From Chiloscyllium plagiosum (taxonomy: Eukaryota): a stretch of 64,000 bases of DNA. This document shows, piece by piece, positions 13,199-25,186 of this stretch. The notes under the pieces were generated by a model. That model had not been told where the DNA came from, searched no databases, and worked only from the letters and a program-made list of their open reading frames with translations. Position 1 is the stretch's first letter. Every line of letters begins with the position of its first letter. The DNA is taken from the NCBI RefSeq assembly GCF_004010195.1, contig NC_057718.1:76337606-76401605 (forward strand), given 5' to 3'. The position numbers were made by a program, and so were the translations under genes.

Positions 13199-14187
13199 CA
13201 CACAAGACACCATTTACCAACCAAGGAACAAAATTTGTATAAGACCAGACTACAGAGTTAATATTCAGTTCACTAATGGATTCTCTGATTGGCAGTACAC
13301 ACTGATGGGCCAAATCTATGCTAAATCTACTCTTGTCCCACTTTCCAGCACTTGGCCCATAGCCTAAAATGTTTAGTTATTTCAAATGCTCATCCAAGTA
13401 CTTTTTAAAGGTTGCAAAGTTACCTATCTCCATTACTGTTCCATGCAATGAATTCCAGACCCTCCAGAGATCCTAGCAGCCCTGCCATTTTTCTAAATAA
13501 TAGATAATAAATCTTACTATTGTAAAAAAAATATATTGTTGCCAATAAACTTATTTAAAATTGCTAGGTGGGACTCAGTAGTTACTCCTTTCCCTTCTCT
13601 TAGCATAGGTCTGGTCCATAACTGTGGAGAAAAGGCAACAGTAATACTCTGTGTTAGTTCCTAAAAAAAACTCAGTACTTACTCTCACCTTGGTCATTCC
13701 TGATGGCATGGCCCCTATCTCCACTCGTCAAAGTTCAAGATACAGTGAGTTAAAAAGATGTGGTAGACAACTGGTTTATCCTTCCACAGACTAATTTAAT
13801 TGGATCACATAGAGTAGTTCTGGGTATTGTTTGTGTCCTCTAATACTATTCACTGCTCAGGATCATACTGGAACCCAAAGCTAATGGCTTCTTTTCTCTC
13901 CTGCAAAGCGTCTTTTCAAAAGTCTGTTCCTTCGGCCCTTACTTCAATAATAAATGTGAGGAACTCATGGATTTCTTTAGTAACCGATGTTAAAGCCACT
14001 TTATCAGTACCTCTGCTGTATTCCTCCCCCTGTCCAAATTTCAAAAATGCCCCTCTGCTCTGGTCCTGAACTTGTATCTTTCTTAAATTTTGCATCTCTC
14101 TTTCCCTTTCTGTTCTCATTATCCACCTTTACTCCCCTGATTTTATTCCCATTAAACTGTTGGCCACCCAACTTCCCCTCCTTGTCT

Positions 14188-14263
14188 AGAACATAGAACA
14201 TAGAAGAATACAGCGCAGTACAGGCCCTTGGGCCCTCGATGTTGCGCCGATCCAAGCCCACCT
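14188..14263 (-). mobile_element. 76-bp CR1 3'-terminal insertion with 50-bp flanking duplication
   Basis: (AGAACAT)n tail; matches the reverse complement of 49305-49383; identical direct repeats at 14138-14187 and 14264-14313. Confidence 0.9.
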
Positions 14264-14414
14264 TGATTTTATTCCCATTAAACTGTTGGCCACCCAACTT
14301 CCCCTCCTTGTCTCTATGTTAAACAATATTGTTGATGAATCTTGCTTCAGGATTTCATCCTCCCTCCTTTATAGTCTGTTACCACCCCTCTCAGAAAAAA
14401 TTGATTCCTTAATC

Positions 14415-14735
14415 GGGGCGGCACGGTGGCACAGTGGTTAGCACTGCTGCTGCACAGCGCCAGAGACCTGGGTTCAATTCCCGCCTCAGGCGACTGACTG
14501 TGTGGAGTTTGCACGTTCTCCCCGTGTCTGCGTGGGTTTCCTCCCATCATCCAAAGATGTGCAGGGTCAGGTGAATTGGCCATACTAAATTGCCTGTAGT
14601 GTAAGGTAAGGGGTAAATGTAGGGGTATGGGTGGGTTTCGCTTCGGCGGGTCGGTGTGGACTTGTTGGGCCGAAGGGCCTGTTTCCACACTGTAATCTAA
14701 TCTAAATCTAAATTTAATCTAATCTAAATCTAATC
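14415..14735 (+). mobile_element. HE1-type SINE, near full length
   Basis: GGGGCGGCACGGTGGCACAGTGGTTAGCAC head, B-box-like GGTTCAATTCC, (AATCT)n tail. Confidence 0.9.
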
Positions 14736-14736
14736 C

Positions 14737-15148
14737 CAGCATGGCTAATCCACCTAACGTATTCATCTTTGGGAAAGTTTAGCATGGCCAATCTGCCTAA
14801 CCTGCACATCTTTGGACTGTGGGAGGAGTGGCTCAGTGATTAGCACTGCTGCCTCAAAGTGGCAGGGACTTGAGTTTCATTCCAGCCTTTCGTGACTGTT
14901 TGCGTGTTCTGAGTGTCTGCATGGGTTTTGTCGGAGTGCTCCAGTTTAATTTCAGTCCAAAGCTATACAGATTGGCCATGTTAAACTGCCCTATAATTTC
15001 CAGGAATGTGCAGGTTTGGTGGGTTAGCCATGATAAATGTGGGGTTATGAGGATAGTGTGGGGGACTGGGTATGAGTGAGCTCTCTTCAGAGGGTCAGTG
15101 CAGACCTGATAGGCTGAATGTCCTCTTTCTGTACTGTAGGGATTCTTA
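14737..15148. mobile_element. Further HE1-type SINE pieces (minus fragment ~14737-14825, older plus copy ~14828-15148)
   Basis: Body motifs shared with the 14415 copy in both orientations. Confidence 0.75.
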
Positions 15149-15457
15149 GGATCATAGAATAGAAACAATATCCTTGCAAACTTCCAAATTCCCATTCCTT
15201 TACAAGGAGTTTGAACATGTAAACATTCCATGTTTGAAACCTTCTAATCTTTTCCAAAGCATCAGTGTGTTGGTATCCTACATTTTAAAGCATGTTCTAA
15301 TCGTGCATTTTTCTTTTAGTGCAGTTTGTAAATAGTGGAACATGACTGAGTAGTGCTGACTTCATTTTTGTTTCAGTATAGCCACTGCATATGCACCAAG
15401 AACCTTTTACATCTCTCCATGCTCAATCTTTTTTTAAACAAAGACAGACGCATACAG

Positions 15458-16260
15458 AAGGTGGTGCGTGTCTGGAATGAACTGCCAGAGGAAGTGGTGG
15501 AGGCTAGTACAATTGCAACATTTTAAAAGGCATCTGGAAGGGTATTTGGAGGGATATGGGCCAGGTGCTGGCAGGTGGGACTAGATTGGGTTGGGATATC
15601 TGGTCGGCATGGACGAGTTGGACCAAAGGGTCTGTTTCCATGCTATACATCTCTGACTCTAAATGTACAGATTATTTCTTAAATGGTGGGAGGCTGGAAA
15701 GTGTAGATGATCAAAGGGCCTGAGGTATGCTTCTCAAAGTCACTGATAGTTAACATAGAGGTTCAGAAAGCCTATTGGATTTTATTGCAAGAAGATTTGA
15801 ATACAGGAGTAGTTCAATTATGCTTCGATTGTAAAGGAGTTTGGTCATACCACACCTGTTGTGCTGTGTGCACTTTTGGTGTTTTTATCTCTGGTAAAAT
15901 ATTTTGGCTACTGAGGGAATGCAACGAAGTTCACCAGACTTGTTTCCAGGATGGCAGGAATGCTGTATGAAAAGAGATTGAGCAAACTAAATCTGTATTC
16001 TCTCGAGTTTCAAGAATGAAAGGTTATCTCATTGAAACCTATAAAAGCATAAATGTTTTTACTTAGAGGATTGTGAATCTTTGTAATTTTCTACCATAGA
16101 GAGCTATGAAAACTCACTGCTTGTGTATCTTTAAGGTAGGGATTCGATACATTTCTGATTACCAATGATGTTCAGGATTTTGGGGGTTCGTGGGCAAAAG
16201 GTGCTGAAGTGTTCAATCAACATTGAATGACAGAGACTGATGGGCTGAATGGCTTACCCT
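15458..16260 (+). mobile_element. Young CR1 3' end (15458-15660) followed by an older CR1 3' region
   Basis: CR1 terminal sequence TGGACCAAAGGGTCTGTTTCCATGCT, then decayed RT C-terminal region. Confidence 0.75.
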
Positions 16261-16374
16261 ATACTTCGCAATACCCCTGTTTTATACTGTAGGAATGTTT
16301 GTAGTTTACATCTAAGGACATGCCTGTGGCCTACCCCATTACTCATCCTAAAGTATGGCTTCAAGCCCTAGACA

Positions 16375-16612
16375 AAAAGGTAAAAACAATGACTGCAGAT
16401 GCTGGAAAGCAGAGTCTAGATTAGAGTGGTGCTGGAAAAGCACAGCAGTTAAGGCATCCTCCAGTCTTCTGGGACTACTCCTGTAGACAAAGAGGACATA
16501 AAAATCGGGCAAAAGCCCTTCAGGAATATAGCTTTTGCCTGAAACGTCAATTTTACTGCTCCTTGGATGCTGCCTGAACTGCTGTGCTTTTCCAGCACCA
16601 CTCTAATCTAGA
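16375..16612. mobile_element. Palindromic PLE-derived element (family A)
   Basis: Inverted arms TCTAGATTAGAGTGGTGCTGGAAAAGCACAGCAGTT / AACTGCTGTGCTTTTCCAGCACCACTCTAATCTAGA; GAAACGTC retained; perfect 16-bp TSD CTTCAAGCCCTAGACA at 16359-16374 and 16613-16628. Confidence 0.85.
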
Positions 16613-18352
16613 CTTCAAGCCCTAGACATACATTTTCAACTGGAACTTATATGGTATTAGCTATTGAGACAAGTAGAATATTGCCATGTCTGGCTGAAAT
16701 TATTTTTGAATGCTTTATCACCTCTTTCTTCGTCCAAGTGCCCTGTCAATTGCACTCCCAATGTGCCCATTTTCACAGTACACCTGCTTCATGCCCTAAC
16801 AAAGCAATCGGGTGTTTTGTTCGCAACAGTTTTTAGTTGACAGTCAAATAGCCTTTCTCCTCATTCAACAATATTATACAAATAAGCTAAAGTAGTTAAG
16901 GTATACAGTAATTTTCAATGACACTTTACTTTATTTTTCCGATTGCTTGTGGCAGTTTTGAGAAGATTAATTTTTAATTCTGGAGACACCAAAACAAACC
17001 TGAAGAGTTGACAACCCATGTAGAAAACATTAGGTTAAAATGTGGAGAGACCATGATTAAATGAAGTATAAAGTAACTACACAATATATGCAAGGTGGAA
17101 AGCTGGATTAAATTACGCTTTTATGGACAGGCTCTCAGACCCTGCAGAAATCAGGCAGCTGAAGGAAGGGCTAATGAAGGAACAAATCACTTCCTGGGTT
17201 AAACTGAAAAAACGTAGGGTATGGCTGTTAGCTTGCACATCAGGCTACAAAGCAGCCAGAAGAAAAATACTCAGATTCTGCAGATTGCCTGACTCTTAAT
17301 TTGCAGGGAAATCAGTGGCTATAAAACACAAGAAAGGAAAGAACAAAGAAGGAAACTGATCAAAGAGCAGAAACAAGCAGAAAAAAATCAAGTGATTGAA
17401 CAAAAGCAGTCAAGAAGGAGACAAAGAAATTAGGTAAGTCTCTGGATTGTGAAGGGACACGGGGAAGAACAAATATTGCCAAATATGAAAGGAACGAGCT
17501 ATGAGGAATCATGAGAGATAATTGAACTTTACATTCTGTGAAGAAAGCAGTAATTTGAGAGGGAAGATCCCGTTGAAATATTAAATGTTTAAAATTAAAT
17601 AAAGGAAGGACCAGCAGACAACGTTCAACGCTAGAATAAAGCATGTTTCTGCAAAAGTGGTTTCTCGTGATAAATGGTTTTAAAATTGCACTTCACAAAT
17701 AATGCATTTTGAATAAGTTGGCACATAGAGTAGCCTAGTTATAAGTGCCAGAGTTTTTTTTTCTAAAAAAAGAATGCAGTTACAGATGATCCGGGGAGTT
17801 CAGAGAGCTTCAATGTTATCAACATTTTTACTTCTTTAATTGGATTGGGTAGATGAGTTAATTGAGGTGATATGGTTAAAGTTGCAGAGGAAAGGAGTAA
17901 ATAAGTTTTTATGAAAACAAAAGCCACTAGATTTTAGAACAATGAATGAACTGAAGTGAATGAACTGAGCAATTAACACACAGACCTATTGATCAGCAAT
18001 GGAATTTTATGACCAAGCTATGGACAGCAAAGTAGAGTATGATGAGAATAAAAACATTTATCTTAAAGAAATGCAAGTGCTCTATAAATTTGTCAGACAT
18101 TTCTTTTAAAAATTAAATGTGAAAAGTCCAGGAGAGGAGTAAGTGGTAGTGGAAAAAGGTTAGGTAATCATCAGGAATTGATAATTGTAATTGATTACAA
18201 TAACTACTTTGCTTATGAAAAATGGTCTTGGGAAGAGTTAATTCCTCAATTGGTTAAAAGGGAGATGAAATGCAATGATAGAACACATCTGGAATACTTT
18301 CAGCAATTTTGACAAAACCTTTCGGCAAGATCTAATAGCCTTAGAGGTGATG

Positions 18353-18574
18353 ATTTGGAGATGCCGGTATTAGACTGGGGTGTACAAAGTTAAAAATCAC
18401 ACCATACCAGGTTATAGTCCAACAGGTTTAATTGGAAGCACTAGCTTTCAGAGCGCTGCTCCTTCATCATGTGGTTGTGGACCACCTGATGAAGGAGCGG
18501 CGCTCCGAAAGCTAGTGTGCTTCCAATTAAACCTGTTGAACTATAACCTGGTGTGGTGTGATTTTTAACCTTTT
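18353..18574. mobile_element. Palindromic PLE-derived element (family B) with intact hammerhead core, inserted in an old CR1
   Basis: Arms ~18389-18475 and 18481-18569; CAC-CTGATGA-AGGAGCGGCGCTCC-GAAAGCTA-GTG at 18483-18517; TSD TTAGAGGTGATG at 18341-18352 and 18575-18586. Confidence 0.88.
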
Positions 18575-18724
18575 TTAGAGGTGATGTAGCATAGAATTAT
18601 TAGAATGATACTTGGTCTCTCAGGATTAAGCTAAACTAGACGTGTACTGCCTCAGTTTTAAAAGGTCTACAGGGTTATTGAATTAAATTTTGAATATATT
18701 ATGGGGAACAGATAAAAGGAACTT

Positions 18725-19558
18725 GTAAGAAGTTGCATCAAGACACTATTCAAAAGGGCCACAACACACTGCAGTACACCAGAACTGCAAAAAGAGGAAA
18801 AAGAACACCTATACAATGTATTCGCCAAAAACAGATACCCGCGCAATTTCATTAACAGATGCCTAAGGGAAAGACAACGGAACGAGGACGTGCCACAACC
18901 CAAAGGACTAGCCACACTACCATACATCAAGAGCATTTCCAAACTGACAGCCAGACTACTGCGACCACTAGGACTCATAACAGCACACAAACCAACTGCC
19001 ACTCTCAGACAACAACTCACCAGAACGAAGGACCCGATACCCAGCATGAGCAAAACCAATGTAGTGTACAAAATCCCATGCAAGGACTGCACAAAACACT
19101 ACAAAGGACAAACAGGAAGACCGCTAACGATCCACATCCATAAACACCAACTAACCACGAAACGACACAACCAGCTATCCTTAGTAGCCACACACACAGA
19201 TGACAAGCACCATGAATTCGACTGGGACAACACTGCTATTATAGGACAAGCCAAACAGAGAACAGCCAGGGAATTCCTAGAGGCATGGCACTCATCCACA
19301 GATTCAATCAATAAGCACATCGACCTGGACCCAATATACCAACCACTGCAGCGGACAGCTGGAACTGACAACCAGAAGTGGCAGATTCAAACCACTACAA
19401 ATGCCGGAAGAAAGATCACAGAAGCGCTTCACAGGAGGCTCCCAAGCACTGAGGATGTCACCTAGACAGGGGACGAAACGTCTGCAACACAAATTCCCAG
19501 CTCGGCGATCAGAACCACAACAACGAGCACCCGAGCTACAAATCTTCTCACAGACTTT
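18725..19558 (+). mobile_element. 5'-truncated Penelope-like retroelement (RT thumb/linker, GIY-YIG endonuclease and 3' terminal repeat)
   Basis: ORF 18890-19465: LPYIK..AHKP..NVVYKIPCKDCTKHYKGQTGR..H..REFLEAWH..SIN. Confidence 0.92.
19446..19485 (+). ncRNA. Minimal type I hammerhead ribozyme motif
   Basis: GCA-CTGAGGA-T-GTCACCT-AGAC-AGGGGAC-GAAACGTC-TGC: core boxes intact, 3-bp stem I, stem II with one mismatch, palindromic ACGU stem III. Confidence 0.85.
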
Positions 19559-20160
19559 GAGTATCTTATCTCACTCAACCAATTCAGAACAAATTTTCTT
19601 TTGTATCTCCCTTTGCTTCTGTGGCAGCAGCATCAGAGAAGAATTCGGGTTCCTGGCAGCTTCTGCACTGTCAAAGCGGTCCTAGCGCCGAATCATGGCT
19701 GCTGCAGAGTTTAGGTTCCTGAATGCATCTGTGTCCAGTGCACCTTCAAGGAGGTGACAGCAGAGGCGAGTTTGGGCTAGTAGGAGATCCTGCGTATCGG
19801 CAGCGGCTACATTGGAGAGGTTGGTCTGAAGCAGACTCGTGGCAGTAGTGGTGTCTCGTTTGGGTTGGTGTGATACCTGACAGCAGCTGTGAGGTCTGTA
19901 TTGGTGAGGTCCATCAAGGACTCAAAGTGGTGAGGGCATCTGTGGAGGCTATATGTTGCCGAAGAGGGGCCACTTTCATTTCAGCAACATGGCAAAGGAG
20001 ACTTAGGCCACGGGCTTGGTAGTCAGGCACATGATGGCACACTTAACATGAAGTACTGTAAAGTTGGATACTATTTTATTTCTTCCTTTTTTCTGCCTTT
20101 ATATTCTTTGTTTAGGTTTTTTTTTGTTTTAAGATGGCGCCAGAGAGTGGCGAAACTATA

Positions 20161-21735
20161 CAATGCTGGATGACTAAAGAAATTGAGGGTTTGGTTAAGA
20201 AAAAGAAGGAAGCATATGACAGGTATAGACAGGATAGATCGAGTGAATCCTTAGAGTATAAAGGCAGTAGGAGTATACTCAAAAGGGAAATCAGGAGGGC
20301 AAAAAGGGGACATGAGATAGCTTTGGCAAATAGAAATAAGGAGAATCCATAGGGTTTTTACAAATACATTAAGGACAGAAGGATAACTAGGGAGAGAATA
20401 GGGCTCCTCAAAGATCAGCAAGGTGGCCTTTGTGTGGAGCCGCAGAAAATGGGGTAGATACTAAACGAGTATTTTGCATCAGTATTTACTGTGGAAGAGG
20501 ATACGGAAGATATAGAAAGTATCGAAATAGATAGTGACACCTTGCAAAATGTCCATATTCCAGAGGAAGGAAATGCTGGATGTCTTGAAATGCATAAAGG
20601 TGTATACATCCCCAGGTACCCTAGAACTCTGTGGGAAGCTGGAGAGGTGATTGCTGGGCCTCTTGCTGAGATATTTGTATCATCAATAGTCAAAGGTGAG
20701 GTGCCAGAAGACTGGAGGTTAGCTAACGTGGGTAGTAAGGACAAGCCAGGGAACTGTAGACCTGTGAGCCTGACGGTGGTGGGCAAGTTGTTGGAGGGAG
20801 TCCTGAGGGACAGGATGTACATGTATTTGGAAAGGCAAGGACTGATTAGGGATAGTCAACATGGCTTTGTGCATGGGAAATCATGTCTCACAAACTTGAT
20901 TGAGTTTTTTTGAAGAAGTAACAAAGAAGATTGAGGGCAGAGCAGTAGATGTGATTTATATGGACTCCAGTAAAGCATTCGACAAGGTTCCCCATGGGAG
21001 ATTGGTTAGCAAGGTTAGATTTCACAGAATACATGGAGAACTAGCCTTTTGGATACAGAACTGGCCCAAAGGTAGAAGACAGAATGGTGGTGGAGGATTG
21101 TTTTTCAGACTGGAGGCCTGTGACCAGTGGAGTGCCACAAGGATTGGTGCTGGGTCCTTTACCTTTTGTCATTTACATAAATGATTTGGATGTGAGCATA
21201 AGAGGTACAGTTAGTAAGTTTGCAGATGACACCAAAATTGGAAGTGTAGTGGACAGCGAAGAAGGTTACCTCAGATTACAATAGGATCTTGATCAGATGG
21301 GCCAATTGGCCGAGAAGTGGCAAATGGAGTTTAATTCAGATAAAAGCGAGGTGCGGCATTTTGGTAAAGCAAATCTTAGCAGGACTTGTCCACTTAATGG
21401 TAAGGTCCTAAGGAGTGTTGCTAGGAGTGCAGGTTCATAGCTCTTTGAAAGTGGAGTCGCAGGTAGATAGGATAGTGAAGAAGGCTTTTGGTATGCTTTC
21501 CTTTATTGGTCAGAGTATTGAGTACAGGAGTTGGGAGGTCATGTTGCGGCTGTACAAGACATTGGTTAGCCCACTGTTGAAATATTGCGTGCAATTCTGG
21601 TCTCCTTCCTATCGGAAAGATGTTGTGAAACATGAAAGGGTTCAGAAAAGATTTACAAGAATGTCACCAGGGTTGGAGGATTTGAGCTATGGGGAGAGGC
21701 TGAACAGGCTGGGGCTGTTTTCCCTGGAGCGTCAG
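20161..21735 (+). mobile_element. CR1 LINE ORF2 (RT), disrupted
   Basis: [55 protein letters not shown]. Confidence 0.95.
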
Positions 21736-21875
21736 ACGCTGTTGCTCCAGCCAATCTGTGCAGTCTGAGAGGAGCTGCAGACAGACACTCTTCCTGCAGA
21801 TGTAGGTGTTGGAACTGTGTAAACTATCCACAGTTTCCAATATCTCCCAGAGAAGTGTATCACCCCACAAACTGC
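21736..21875 (-). mobile_element. CR1 ORF1 zinc-finger/leucine-zipper fragment
   Basis: YICRKSVCLQLLSDCTDWLEQQ. Confidence 0.6.
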
Positions 21876-23394
21876 CTCTTCTAATCCTCTGATGATTACT
21901 GGATTTAAAAAAAGGAAATAAATGGATAAATCTTCTCTACCTTTCTACTGATCGATCATATTGTTCATGAATGCGGTGAACAGTTGAGATCCCACCAGAG
22001 ATTCTTGAAAGGTGTCACGTTAGTGTTTACCCATTATTCCTACTTTCAGGCCCAAAGATTCTGATCAGGTTTGGACACTGTTTCTGATCCTGATCTGATT
22101 TTTAAAAAACCCATTTACCTTTTGATGACTTAGGTGCTGAAAATTTCTGAACAAGGGTCTCCTATTACATATCTGTTCAAAAATTCCATAATTCTGCAGT
22201 ATGGAAGTACATTGCTGAAGCCAGCATTCATTGCATTGTGTATGGTAAAGTTTAAATGTCCAACAAACAGTTTGAAAGCTACTGAATATGTAAGATTAGT
22301 AAGGACAGAGTTTGGGAAATGGAGTGGGGTGGAGGGAGGAATCATAGGAGCAAGTGGATTAGGGGTGGTGGTGCCATGTGAGTGGGTAGTGGTGGGATGC
22401 CAAATGTGTGAGAGCATTTACAAAGCAGATACGTTGGAGTGGTGCGTCAAGTTCAGTGACGGAGATTGGTTGAGTCCTAAAGAGGTGGGTCAGTTCAGGC
22501 CCTGGGGGGGAGATAGGGTTAAAAGGCTGTCTAGGTATGTGGCAGGGGTGGCAATGTTCATGCTCACAAAGAAAAAAGAACAAGAGGGCATAGATTTTAA
22601 AGTGATTTGCAAATGAAGGAAGGGCAATGTGAGAAAAAGCATTTTCACAATCGGTACCCTCACCTTTAACCAGTTGCGGCAAGAGAGTAGTGTCACTCTC
22701 CAAAGCATTATAACAGAAGTTTGGCCCATCTCAAAACAATTTTTGACATGGCAGTCATAGCCCTGAAACTCCCGACTCTACTTGCCACCTAACACCACAT
22801 TTGCTTCACATACTTACCCTTTCCTGGGAATTTTCAATGTATCTTCTGTACAGCTGGACCTTTAAAACTCAAAATGCAGCATGCTGATTGCTGAAAAAAT
22901 GATGGTAGTTTTCTTCAGTGCAGATTTTCTTCAGTGCTTGATTTGTAATTACTGGATATGTTCATCACAGGAACCCCATGTTCAGGAGTCACCAGCACAA
23001 GCTTTTGACTGAGTACATAACCGAAATAGGATTAGAATATTTGGGCCAGTGGCTCAGATGCTTCAACAGAAGGAACTGAGGTGAGAGAAATTTAGTAAGA
23101 TTAAGAGGTAAAAGGCCAAAGATGGTCAAATAAGATTTTTTTTTTAAAACTGCACAGAGCATTTTGGATATATTAGTACTCATTCGATAGCAAGGCCATT
23201 TCAACTTTAAACCAATACCGTGCTAGTAATATAACTCCATAGCAAAGACCTTTACCTGATACTCAGATTATTGAAATGTTAGTCATGGGCGAGGTACCCC
23301 TTAATGTGCTAGGCACAATATTTACTCAAAATCCAGTACCTAAATGCCGATTATGTATTCTGTACCCATTCTGACAGTTATCCATTGAGTGAGT

Positions 23395-23610
23395 AATTTG
23401 GGGCTGGTTGGCTGGAGAGCTACTTTGCAATGCAGAGTGTTGCCAACATAGGTTTGATTCATGCATCAGCTGAGAAGGACTCTCGTTCTCAACTTCTCCT
23501 CTTGCCTGAGGCCTGGTGACCCTAGGGTTAAACAACCACTAGTTGACTCTCCCAGATGGGAACACAGCCATATGGGTCTGGTGGGGCTATGGCAGCTTTA
23601 CCTTTTTTTA
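23395..23610 (+). mobile_element. tRNA-headed SINE-like repeat (a more decayed relative at ~32340-32545)
   Basis: B-box-like GGTTTGATTC; 3' parts similar between the two copies. Confidence 0.5.
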
Positions 23611-25186
23611 AATCTGAGTCTTGAAACTCTAATGAGAGTCAGTTTCCTCCACTCAGTGTTTGGTTTCTACTCAAATTATTATGATAATGGAGCTAGTTAG
23701 TAGATATGTTTCCTAAGTTTTTAGCAATCCATGATATAGAAGTCAAATGTAACTACAGTGACTGTCCAGAGCTTTGATGGCATTGTACAATGATCCTGGA
23801 ATTTAGTATAAATGAATGTCCTGAATTTCTGACTGATGAGGCTGCTGGAATTCTTTTGTTCTGAGGAGCAGTGAACTGATTACTTTGCTTTTAGAAGCTG
23901 CAACCTTTTCCAGTTAACCTACTTGGCAATAGGTACATAAGTTCTATTACTGGGAGATAATTTTTCTCAATCCTCTGTTGATCATTTCAAATTTGTGTAT
24001 AATGTTCACCATATTGTTATGCCTTACAACAAAGATCAGAATGCAAATCCAGGCCCAGGTAGCATTGGAATGTTCTATTTAATGTGAGCACTTTATATTT
24101 TGTGATTAGCTTCTGAACATGCAAGTATCTGTGTTCTGTGATTTAAGACCCACTGTAAAACCTATCTCTTTTACCAAACTTTAGCTGCCTTGCTCAACTT
24201 TTGAATTTGTCAATTTTTTTCCAAGTGTTCCACAAAGTAATTTGGGGCTTTTTTCTATATCAAAGATAATTTTTGGATCTATCTTTGTGTTTTTATGTAG
24301 TTCTGGTGTAATGTTAATTAAAACCTGTAAGTATTCTAATTTATGAACAATAGACACCTAATGAGGGGGACTATTTTTGCTTTCATGATTGGAGTCCAAC
24401 TAAAAGGAGGCTGAGAAAATAAACCAAGTCTCATAACTTAATATAATCTGAAGTTTATATAATAGACATCTGTTTTTTTCCCCATCTTGTAATGAATAGT
24501 GTTTCTTTTTCTCTCTCTTTGACGTACATATATGCCAAGTGTGTTTTCCAGAATACAGCTTTTGAATTTTGTATTCTTAACTTTTTTTTTTAAAAAGACA
24601 AAATAAATTGATTTATACATTCCTTATCATCCAGTAAAATAAGTCTCCTGCAAAGTGCCTAGATACATCAGACAAATCAGAATTACATAGCCAATTAATA
24701 AGTGATTTAAAAATTCCCAAAACTAGTGTAGCGATGCAAAGAAGTTTGGGGAGAGTATTCAAGAACAAACTTTTTCCCCGCTAACGCTATTTGAGGCTTG
24801 AAAATTATGACAGCCCTTTGGTAAAATTCTTTGGTGTCAAAGAGTGTGTGTGAAGAAGATCTGTCAGAGCAGTTGAGGTTTCCAATCCTCAACAGTGTGA
24901 GATGCAGATGACAATTTTCTTTCATGCTTCTGGACAGGGTTGGGTGGAAAGTCATCAAGACATTCTACTCCTGCTTACTATGCACTTATTATTACTGGGC
25001 ATATAGTTATGAAATTGGAAGCTAATGAAAGGACATAATCCAATGACCTAGCAGCTTAACCTCTTTAAATGTTATGAAATCTTTCACAGCAAGGAATCAG
25101 AACCTTGTAGAGAAGAGTAGAAAAACTGACTAAAATAAAATACTGTTTTGTTTTGCAGAAGGACCATTCTGCATAGAGCAGGCAAG

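Noticed and set aside
14415..14490. tRNA-like sequence
   Set aside because: It is the SINE head, continuous with the SINE body; no complete cloverleaf.
22134..22729. Overlapping 80-160 aa ORFs in a G-rich stretch
   Set aside because: No recognisable domain; at most a weak resemblance to a decayed non-LTR ORF2.
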